Under the pieces are notes generated by a model. The model did not search any database and had not been told where the DNA came from. It saw only the letters and a list, made by a program, of their open reading frames with translations. A stretch of 60,863 bases of DNA, the filler included, from Bipalium vagum (lineage: Eukaryota): NCBI GenBank assembly GCA_037834085.1. It is 3 parts of 3 records of this genome, joined end to end, with 100 filler letters (N's around TTAATTAATTAA, not from the genome) between each part and the next. Parts side by side here need not be neighbours in the genome. Positions count along the whole stretch, not along the records: positions 26,444 to 43,643 come from JBBMKC010074843.1; positions 43,744 to 60,863 come from JBBMKC010077774.1; 1 more part is not named here. The stretch is one strand, 5' to 3'. This document shows positions 40,411-50,775 of the stretch, one piece after another. The position numbers and the translations under genes were made by a program. Position 1 is the stretch's first letter. Each line of letters begins with the position of its first letter.

Positions 40411-42739
40411 CCCACCAAATATATTTCTCTTTTTCCGATATCAAATTTATTATGCCTTTTTAAGTTTTTATGTGTACGAGATTTAATTTAAATTTTAATT
40501 AAATTTCTTCAATCACTTACATTTAGTAATCTATTTCATTAATATCTCATTGTTAGTTTTTCTGTGGTTCATAAATTATCTTTATTAAATTTATTTATAG
40601 CTTTTCACTTTTAATTATAACTGATATTAATTATTATTATTAAATTATTAAAGAAGAAAAAGATAAATATTTTAAATTGAAGTGTATGGCTCTTACCGAA
40701 GTTTTTGCGATAAGAAATAAATGGTTAATGTTTGGCGAGCAGAAAGTGAAATAGTGGTAAAGTTTATTATAGGTTTTAAGACATGATGAAACTCTTATCT
40801 TGCCAGTTATACCGTAATTAAATTGAAATGATGTATAAAAACTCATTAAAAAATTATCTGTTAATGGACATAAACTTATTTCGCCCACACTATAAAACTA
40901 AGCCATTTGTCTAGAAAAACAGTACAAGTTATATGAATTTATGTTTGGCGTTATAAAGACAGCCTTAAAGATGGTATAAGATTATATAAAGACGGCGTTA
41001 TAAATATATACTTAATTCCAACAAAAGCAAAATGAGGATGATATTTGTCAAAATGACACCATTAAGAATGTTATATTCCAAGGTCAGTTTTTATCAAGGT
41101 GAAATCAATATTTAATAACAATTAACTGAAAGTTTTTCAATAAAAATGTAAAATACATTGATTAATATAAGCTTTTTTTAATTTAATATATTTTGATTTA
41201 ACTGTTGTATTTACCATTATAATATTAATCCTCAGAAACAATCACATTTTAAACAATTAATAATTCATTAATCTAGAATAATCCAAATTTACCAAATATC
41301 TTAGAATTTAATGAAATTTTATTCAACAAGGAGAAATGCTCAAATCTTTTAATACAGAACAGTATTATTTAAATCATAAAGTAAATACTCTTAATTTGGG
41401 CAAAATGTTCGGTTCCATTGGTGCCCAACATTGACAGGTTTCAATGTATATATAGATTGTTCGAGATAAATTTGACACAATAAAAAGGATCGCTTTTAAA
41501 TATTGTTTATAGGTGTTTATAGGCGTATTTTGAATAAAACTGTTTGATATTAATGTAATTTACGTGTATATTGTATTTCTTCTAAATATATAAAAATTGT
41601 AGATACCAAACAAATTTTCTTTTTCTTAATGAGACTGTGAAATTTATCTCAAATTTATATGACAAGAGCCTATTATTCTTTCTCATATAAATAACAAACA
41701 ATTAAAATTTAAAAAATAATTAATAAAAATTACCTTAAATAAATAATTAAGACAACTTATAAGTACGACGACAGAAATAAAATTTCAGTCTGATTAAAAA
41801 AAATTAAATAATTTAATTTAATATAATAATATTTTAAATTCAATTATTATTCAAATTAATAATTTATTTATTTAAATAATTAAAAATAGAAATAAAAAAA
41901 GTTAAATTAAAAATTTATTTATAGTGAAAAATATACTTTTTATTAATCATAGAAAGCAAATAATATTACTTTTGAATAATTAAAGATTAATCTTTTATCA
42001 CAAGGGTATTAAAATGAACCTTTCACAATTTTACTTAAATATAAAAATATTTTATGTGCATAGAAAATGATTCTTTAGAATTTATTCTATTAAACAAAAA
42101 TTTCAACCAATAGAAATTCATTAAAATATAAATAAATCTGAATTCATTGATTTCAAGAAGTAAAAATTCGTTTAAAATGTTAATATCTGAAGACATATTT
42201 TACTAAATGATTTATTTGTTTGATTAGTAAATATAGTGTCTTGAATACAGAGAAAATGTCACGCCAAACATTGAAAGGAGATTTGTATAGAGCTTTGAAA
42301 TGCTTCTAATACAAAATTCATCTCAAATATTTATATAAGGTTAAAAAATATTTACAATTAGTTTTAGAGCGAGTCATAAGCAAATAATGAAGCCTTCTCA
42401 TTATTGTCATCATGAAATAGAGTCATTCTAAAATCAAAACACAATAACATAAATATGTTTTTCTTTCTTGAAAATATTTAGTAAAAAGTTAATGCATCTT
42501 GGTTGCTTAAATTATTTTAAATCTTATAAAATGAAAGATTATGTTTCAGGTGATTGGTTAATAATTTTAAAAAATATGCTTTATAAGGACGATGAAGGAA
42601 AAATCCTAATAACATAATAAAGTGAAACAACCAAAACATAAAAAGCAGAAAACGGCAATATTTTGAGATGGTAATTATTGTCGACCTTTAACTTGAACTT
42701 GAATGCATTTAAAATAAAATACTCATTGCTTAAATAATA

Positions 42740-43250
42740 TTAAGAGCCGATGAATTCAAATCTAAATCAGTAAGTTAATTTCATAGAATTCTTTGTTTCA
42801 TCATTGTATTTGTTACCTTTAGCATGGAAGAGACAGAATACGCTTTTGAAGCATATTTAACTCTTTTTAATAGCAGAAAAGAAAATATATCACAAGCTTG
42901 CAGAACAATATGCTAAATGTATGATGAGGATGCATTAAAAGGACGTCAAAATCGTATCTAGCTTGAGAAATTCGAAAAATTGGTTTTGCACTCAGAGATA
43001 AATAACAATCTGGCCGTCCACTATATATCAATTATAAAGAAATCAGAGTTAACCGACGAGGATAGTTATAAAACAACACGTAACATTGCAGATAAACTCA
43101 AGAGATTTTATGAACAAGAAATTTTTATGAATGATGGAAAACGAAAACAGGTTCTCGATAACAATGGACAATTCATAATTTAATAAAATATATTTTATTT
43201 CATATAATTACATATCTTTTTCTTCAAAAAACTCGATAATTACTTTCTTA
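42740..43250 (+). mobile_element. Deleted mariner
   Basis: N-terminal HTH-like remnant joined to a C-terminus FYEQEIF..QVLDNNGQFII. Confidence 0.55.
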
Positions 43251-43643
43251 AGACATGTAACACTAACAAAGATTTCATTTTAAAAATAAATATTAAAATA
43301 AAATCATTTTAAAAATATTTACCACCCAACCTAAAAAGAAAATTTATAAAAATAAAGTTAAATTAGAAAATAATTGATAATTAAAATAAAACTTTATATT
43401 GATCTCTATTAACATCCAAAAGTCTCATGTTCCTATGTAACACATTTAACTATGTAATCATATAATTTCTGTTCCTATTTATTTTAAAATTTTAAAATTT
43501 AATTTAATCATAAATATTTAATTAAAATTCTATTCCATATTAGAAACAGAATTATTGTAGTTTATATATACCAGGTTGAGTCAAAAGTCATTAGCGTTTT
43601 TATTCAATATATTCAATTACAAGAATAACAAAAAAAATCACAA

Positions 43644-43743
43644 NNNNNNNNNNNNNNNNNNNNNNNNNNNNNNNNNNNNNNNNNNNNTTAATTAATTAAN
43701 NNNNNNNNNNNNNNNNNNNNNNNNNNNNNNNNNNNNNNNNNNN
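43644..43743. other. Assembly gap with artificial six-frame-stop linker
   Basis: 44 N + TTAATTAATTAA + 44 N. Confidence 0.95.
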
Positions 43744-44914
43744 CCATTAATAAAATGAAGCTTTTCAAAGTTCAGAGTATTAACTTGTTCACTTGTTATC
43801 CCATTAATTTCCAGATTAATTCGTTTAGCTTTGTTTGGAATATTTTTCATATTAATGAACTTCAATAAATTTGGGGATAAACCAAATATTTTCTGATCAT
43901 TGGTCTCATTTCGCTTTATTTCCGTATTTCTAGTCCTACTGTAATCTCTTCTGACTGCTCTTATTTCACAAATCATCGTTGGGTTTCCTTTAATATTCAT
44001 TTCAGCTTTACGGGCTTTCTGCAGTAATTCTTTAAAATCTTTGTAATCTGCCAATCCTAACGCTGTTCTTAATGGTAGTAACATTCCAATGAAAAACTAA
44101 TCTTCTACAATCTTAATTGTTTCCGTCCACTGATTCTTTGGTCCAAATGTCCTTTGTGCTAATAATTCCACTTGGTATGCGTATTCGCCTACGGGCTCTT
44201 CTGCTCCTTGCTTCCTCTGGTGGAACATTTGCCTATTTACTCTTCCTATGTCTCCTGGAATTAGGTTCTTCGTCAATTCCTTAAATACTTCTGCCAAAGT
44301 TTTGTTTGCTACATTTATGTCATAATATGCACTCCTTGCCATTCCACTTAAATGAATAGGTAACCTTCTTAACCATCCGTGCCTCATAATACCCTAAAGC
44401 TTCTGCTACTTGCCTATACTCGGCCATAAAATTTGCAAATTCTGTTGGTTCCCCATTAAAGGTCCTAAGCAGTAACTTTACTAATTTGTAATCCATTCCT
44501 TTTATATCTTTTACACCTGTATTCTTCTACTGTTGCCTCTCGGTTATTCTCCTAGATTCCTAAAAGATTTTCTTCTATACCTTTCTCTTTAATTACCTTT
44601 GTCGAACTTCTGGTTATAACTCCTCGAATATCTGTAACTGATTTCTTTTCAATAGCCAGACTAGTTTCTGAACGCTAACTGATTTCTTCCTGAAACACTA
44701 ATAATATACCAATAACATTTACAACTCTGCGGGCTTTACTAACAGTTCCAAAAATTTATATAACGCCACTCAGGGCTTACAGAATCAAAAACAAATCAAA
44801 CAAACTTTGAATCGATAAACACAATCAAGCACAAAATTTTCACAATTGCCAACTAATTTTCGAATCACGTCGGCCGCTCACCAATAAATATGTTCACTAT
44901 TTAGTGTATCAAAT
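43744..44914 (-). mobile_element. Ty3/gypsy 5' part: LTR terminus stub (44914-44891), PBS-like TGGTGAGCGG (~44883-44874), gag
   Basis: LRTFNGEPTEFANF..RLPIHLSGMARSAYY..FHQRKQGAEEPVGEYAYQVELLAQRTF (retrotransposon gag). The minus strand reads ..GTGAACA TATTTAT TGGTGAGCGG. Confidence 0.8.
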
Positions 44915-44979
44915 CAAAGAGTTTCAATTCAGTCCAATTTTTCTAATATTATTTTTATTGTGAATTTTACTTTTTATAG

Positions 44980-45575
44980 TATTTCTATCAACTAATCGAT
45001 GCACTTAGTTATTGCCACAAGAATTTCGTTATGCACCGTGATATAAAGCCCATTAATGTTCTGATTGGATCCCAAGACCAGATCAAACTGGATGATTTTG
45101 GTTGGGCAATACACAAAAATAACAAAAGGTACACGATATCTCTTTAAATTATCCAACTTTATCTTTGATTAGTATTGATTTTAATTTTTTATAAAAGACG
45201 TATCTGTCACCTGGGAACTTTGCACTATCGCGCTCCTGGGGTCTGCCTGACAAAAGTACACCGTTACGATCTGTGGTCGGCGAGAATTTTATGCGAAATC
45301 GTCACAGGTCGCGTTCCGTTTGACTTTGGCGTTGATGAGCCGCACTGGCAAAGGAATACATCATCAATAGATGAAAAAGTTGTCCAAGAAGTTTACGAAC
45401 TTGATAACTTTGTCTCAGACAAGGTTCGAGATCTCATTTCAAAAGTGATTCAGTCCTATTGAATGATATATTGATCTGTATTATAATTAAGATACTACGA
45501 ATCGATCCAGATGAACGGTTGACTACCGATGCCATCATCCAGCATGAATATGTGACAGAGTACTCAGAAATGTAA
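44980..45575 (+). pseudogene. Aurora-like Ser/Thr kinase, C-lobe only, intron-containing; exons 44980-45128, 45198-45444, 45492-45575
   Basis: [43 protein letters not shown] (APE altered), DLWS, GRVPF, RDLISK|ILRIDPDERL. The N-lobe is absent; gypsy gag lies directly upstream on the other strand. Confidence 0.8.
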
Positions 45576-47541
45576 CTCCATCAATGTCAGGCAGCTGAAG
45601 AAATGTGGTGCATCAAGAAACGCGTCAGTGATTTAGAAAATTTGTAACGAAGGGTTTCAAGACTGATGAAAAGTAGAAGAGCGAAAGATCATTTTTTGTT
45701 TTGAATCAATATATATATATAACTCATATATATATAAACTAATATAAAATTGTGATTGATTAAACTATCCTAATTTATGTGATTAACTTTTTCTTTTACT
45801 TTATTTTGTAAAAGGCCATACTATGCTCACAGCAATGTGCTATTGATTTCTGTTCAAGTTTATGTAAACTTTTGTTGTAAAAATACAATTTTGTTCGTTC
45901 GAATCACGGTATCTCCGAATAATTTTCAAAAGTCGTATTATCCATATCATAAACAGTTTACTGATAACAAATTAATAGAAAAAGATTTTGGTAGACAATT
46001 TAATCTAAGTGATTTATTTACGGAGTTCGATAGATTAACTTATGATTATTTTTTTAAAAAAAAAGAACCAACATGAAATTGAATATTTTATATTCGTCAT
46101 AAAAAGATTTAGAGAGATTAGATTAAATATGACATCAAATGAATATAGTTCAAGTATATACAAAAGGTATTAAAAAAGGTGATCACAGATGTGATTTGTT
46201 ATCTCATTGGTTTAAAATGATTATGTTAAGTATTATAATATAACTAAAGATATTTTTAATCATAGAGCAACAGAATATACAAATATAAATAATAATATAG
46301 TGATTGAGATGAAGGAAATAATAATTTCTGTTATGAGAATAAAATAAACAGATGCAAAGAAAGAAAAGAATGGGTCGGAGCTATGAAATGGTTCCCGCAA
46401 GTACAGGTCATCTCAAACAGATTGAAAGGCCGACGAACATATAATCGGCATTAGATTTACTCTACCTCAATAGATGGGGACAGACAATCGATATCTTGAG
46501 CACTGGAAAAGTACTAATAGTGAAAAAAAGGCAACAAGAAATAAGAGCCGAAGAATTCCCAGCAGAAGCTCAGTCATCGATTAACTTAAAAGGAGAAACG
46601 GATGTGGAGATCAATTTAATCCCAATCCGGCCTACCATCATCGAAATAACCAATCGAAAGGGAGAAGAATGGAACCCAGCCAGAATGGGACATTACCCCA
46701 CCAGAAGCAAGCAAAACCCGATAAAGATCAAATAGTAATATTGGACGTCAAATTAGATGTACCAATGTTTATGAGTAGAATGGTCCCATTAGGAGCAGCC
46801 TTGTCAGACAGAAGAAATTTTTATTTTCGTTCCATAATAACTCCTCGTGTCTATATAGCAGATTATACGGCAGTTGAACATGGGATAACTCAAGAAATAG
46901 CAGAAGGTCAAATGGACGAGCTTGCAGCAAAGTTGGAGTTAAGCACACTACTGGAGGGGAAGTTGATAAAAGAGCATGAAGTCAAAAAGGCTTTAGAGGC
47001 AATTAGGATTGATAGAAGTTGGATAAGAGGGTATTGGGATCTTGCAACCTTACCCATACTGAAGAAGGACAAGTTAATAGCCTTAAGATGAGATGGAACT
47101 GTGACATTACATAACGCTGGTGCTATATTATGTAAACAAAAGAATGCCAGATAGAAGAGGATGTTTGGCACCAACCAGGAACACATCTTTCATGCAAGGC
47201 GTGTGGACAAGTGTAGCTGATAGATGCATAGAAGAATTACAAATAGAAAGAAAGAAGGAAATGACGCAGAAGAAAAGAAATCAGAAATGGAACACATTAT
47301 AGAGAGTAGAAATGAAGCAATAAAAAGCATCGGGGAACATCTAATAGAGAAGCTAGAAAAAAGACCGACAACAAGCAGGATGAAGGAAGAACCTAAACGG
47401 GAAGTACCGGAATCATTAGATGAAGAACTCAAGATGCAAGAAGAGGTAATAAATCTGGATACGACAAATAATGAGGACGATATTCCGAGGATAATAGTGA
47501 AGAGCGACAAAAAAGAGAAGAATTAGCAATAAAATTCAAAG

Positions 47542-47858
47542 TGTGAGATAAATTGAAAATTAGTCGGGATATATAGCTCAGAGGTCAGAGCAGTGCATGT
47601 GAAGGTCCCGCGTTCGAATCCCGGTATCTCCGATTAATTTTCACTAACATGGCGACCACACCAAACACCAACCAGCGGACCAGGTCTCGGAAGTAAAACT
47701 GTAAAGGAATTGAATGGAAATGGAAGTAAAGAGACTCGGGGCGGTTCAGGGTATGAATTTGAGCTTTAAAGGAGGGGGATGTGAGATAAATTGAAAATTA
47801 GTCGGGGGATATAGCTCAGCGGTCAGAACAGTGCATGCGCATGTGAAGGTCCCGGGTT
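47542..47858 (+). mobile_element. TRIM (miniature non-autonomous LTR retrotransposon) with tRNA-derived LTRs; LTR1 47542-47649, PBS 47650-47659, PPT 47768-47779, LTR2 47780-~47858 (3' truncated)
   Basis: Direct repeat starting TGTGAGATAAATTGAAAATTAGTCGGG. LTR1 is TG...CA, immediately followed by TGGCGACCAC. AAAGGAGGGGGA immediately precedes LTR2. The 130-bp internal part is non-coding. Confidence 0.85.
47566..47632 (+). ncRNA. tRNA-Ala-like sequence inside TRIM LTR1 (A box and B box present, degenerate anticodon arm)
   Basis: GGGATATATAGCTCAGAGGTCAGAGC...AGGTCCCGCGTTCGAATCCCGGTATCTCC; TTTT at 47638-47641. Confidence 0.75.
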
Positions 47859-47870
47859 TACATTGAATTT

Positions 47871-48239
47871 TCAGACCTTCGAAGCTGTCTTTTCCTTGAC
47901 GTGGCATTCGTCAATTTCATCCTCAGCATTTGCTTCAATTTTAGCCTTGACACCAATCATTCTGGTTTGAATCTCGATTTTGAGGATGTCAATATCATGC
48001 GACTGGTGACTATCATTGATTCTGGTACCGTTGTAGTCATATAGAGCATAGCATCCGTCTTTTGCATATTTTTCAATCACGTTTCTCCTAAAATCTTCAT
48101 ATGATATTCCTAAATCACCAGTTTCTAGTTTAATTATTTTGTTTTTGTCCTTATTTAAATCAAATATTAAATATTGGTATTTATGTTGAAGTTTAATAAA
48201 ATTGAGGTATTCTTCAACTGATAGATCGCATTTACTCAT
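47871..48239 (-). pseudogene. ADF/cofilin-like intronless copy, central segment degraded
   Basis: IKLQHKYQYLIFDL..SYEDF..DGCYALYDY..GVKAKIEANAEDEIDE..VKEK matches the ADF-H pattern. The W-x-P..KM-x-Y segment is not recognisable. It lies inside mobile-element sequence. Confidence 0.75.
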
Positions 48240-48932
48240 GAAGCCATTCTTAACAAAGGAACTTTATCTGAAACCGAATTCAGAAGGTTTAAATCACCAT
48301 CACTGGATCTAGATGACAGCAGCAAAGAATTTGAAGCAATGATAACAAGGGAAGAACACGAAAAAAGACAGTGAGAAAAAGAGAAAAAGAAAGAAACCGA
48401 AGTAAAAGTGGTGGTAACAGACTTTAAAAGTAGTAATAGACAAGTCACCAAAGGACACAAGGGGAAGAAAAGAAGATAAGTTGGAAGATAACGAAATCGT
48501 AGTGTTAACTGAGACCATAAACCTATCAGGGGAAATTACAGAAGGAGAAGAAAGTCAAGAATCAGGAAACTCCAGTAGATAGATGGAACAAAGAACGGGA
48601 TTGGGCTTAACATCATCATTAGCCGACATCCATGAAATGAGTAAAACTAATGGGTGGCTTTGGAAGGAAATAGTGTTGAAGTCGAAGAAGCCGGGGCAGG
48701 AACTAGTTTTCATTAATGATAAGAAAAGGAAATCAACAATGAACCAACGAATAACTGGAGAAATGGAATGTGACCGGCCTAGAGACACAAAAAAGAAGAG
48801 TGGATAAGAAGAAATAACTACTTTTAAAAGTGTTTACAAACAATTTATTGATTTTAATAAAGTTTTTCGTTATAGCATCTTGGTTGATTAATGTTATCAA
48901 ATTCGAAGGATCGAATTTTATTAAATCGGGAG

Positions 48933-50029
48933 TGTTTGGAAAACATAACCAAGGAAAATCATGAAAAGGGTATAGATGTTAAAAATAATAATATTATCAA
49001 TAATTAAAGTTGTTAAATACAATTGAAAAACAATTAAAAAATCCCTGATATTTTTATTTTGAAAATACTTTAAAAAATAAAACAACCCTTCAAAAGTAAT
49101 TTTTATTTTTAAAGAATTCCAAAAGAGGTAATTACAAATATTAATGGTTATCAGAAAATAATTTTTTAGGGAATTCTAGAGTTTAAATAAAATTTTGAGA
49201 ATTTTAAGATTAATTTTGAGATTATTTCAAGAATAATCTCCAGATGAAGATCAGTTTCAGAAAAGTATATAAGCAGAGAAATTCTAGTATAATTTCACCG
49301 CTCAGAAAACGTGCTTATAATTATAGTCATTTATGAAGAATACTGAAGAAGATTTCTATAAAGAAGAATATTAAGAAGGTCATTATTGCAATAAAGGACT
49401 ATTTTTCCAAACGAGATTACAGTTCAATTCACAAGTATTTCAACGTTTATTTAAATGCTGGGACTATGTTTAAAATTCCCCATCAGTAGGTTTTCGGTGA
49501 GCAACCATTAGGGCTCAGATGATAACTCGGGAGTTTTAGCGGAAAATAAACCGTAAGACTTATCCATTTTTAAAATGGATATTAATTTACTATTAATAAA
49601 TATCCTATTACTATTACTATTAATAAAATTACTATTAATAAATTAATTTACTATTAATTTACTATTAATATTGATTAATTTAGTGTTCGAGTAATATTTT
49701 ATTTTAATTGAATTTTGATATAATTGACTTTTATTAGTATTGGACATTACTGGTTAATAATTGTTTTAAGAATCATTCTATTGAGACATTATATTAATTC
49801 ATTCTTTTTATTTTATTGTTATTTGGTTACATTTCATTTTATTTTGAAAAGTAGTTGAAGTTTGTGAAACATTTAAGACATTTAAAGTTATAATCCAAGA
49901 CTTCGATCATCATTCCGTATTTTAGTGATTGTGTAATATAAATACAAATTGTTGCTTCACTGATTGTTATTGTTTACACCATCTAAGAGTTAGAGTCAAT
50001 TTAAAATTTGATACACTAAATAGTGAACA
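48933..50029 (+). mobile_element. Putative LTR (TGTT...AACA)
   Basis: Follows a PPT-like motif; TATATAA near 49266. The last 24 bp are identical to the LTR stub that precedes the PBS at 44891 on the minus strand. Confidence 0.45.
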
Positions 50030-50290
50030 ATAGTAAATGTTTGGAAAAAATTGTTCAAAATTATTGAAATGCATCTATTTAAAAAATAAATTTATGATGT
50101 TCACAAGATTAAACCTTTTATATTATGGTTTATCAAAATTAAAATAATAGTTTAAGTATAAATATAATTTTAAAACGACTGAAAATCAGAAAATTACCTT
50201 AATATGATAGCTTTTTATATATTAATAATTAAAGATAAAATTGTTTAAAAACTCAAAAATAAAATAAACTAATAATCATACCAATCATAT

Positions 50291-50775
50291 ATGTCGGAAC
50301 AAGATAATAAACTGGCGCCAGGAATCGCTGACATTTTCTTAGAGATTGAAGACATGTCTATGATTTTATTATTGTTTTCAGATAACAACAGCTTACATAA
50401 ACATGTTCAGAATCCGGGGAACTTTTCAAGAGGTTTTTCTCATAATTTGACAGGTGTAAAGAAATACGACTTGACAGTCGGTCAATCTATGTGGGAAATT
50501 TTGAATATGGAACCACTGCGAAAGACCTGGAATCGCATTTTAAACGTTTTGGGGTTGTCAACAGAGTAACAATCATGACAGATAAACACTCTGGTCATTC
50601 TAAAGGATTCGCTTATATTGAATTTAGCACTGTTGATGCTGTAGAGTTATCGAATTTTTTAGATGGATCTCTACTCAGAGGAACACAAATAAAAATAGTT
50701 CCGAAAAGAACGAATATCTATGGATACAATAAAAAATACTGTCCTTATCAAAACAAGTCAGTGGAAGAAAAATAG
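50291..50775 (+). CDS. PABPN1/Pab2-like RRM protein, divergent paralogue or pseudogene (RRM exon 50454-50775)
   Basis: [66 protein letters not shown] is the PABPN1-type RRM. Upstream exon structure is unclear; the apparent intron is only 21 nt. Confidence 0.75.

Larger units (their letters stand above)
46350..48930 (+). mobile_element. 3' internal region of an LTR retrotransposon with a broken accessory ORF (REX4-like exonuclease fold plus E/K-rich tail), interrupted by the TRIM and cofilin copy
   Basis: Purine-rich intronless ORF fragments. Ends in TTCGAAGGATCGAA..AAATCGGGAG, similar to the pre-LTR motif at 16656-16684. Confidence 0.55.

Noticed and set aside
47566-47632. Functional tRNA-Ala genes (also 47803 and 57603)
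   Set aside because: The anticodon arm is non-canonical or deleted, two copies are truncated, and all sit in identical LTR flanks.
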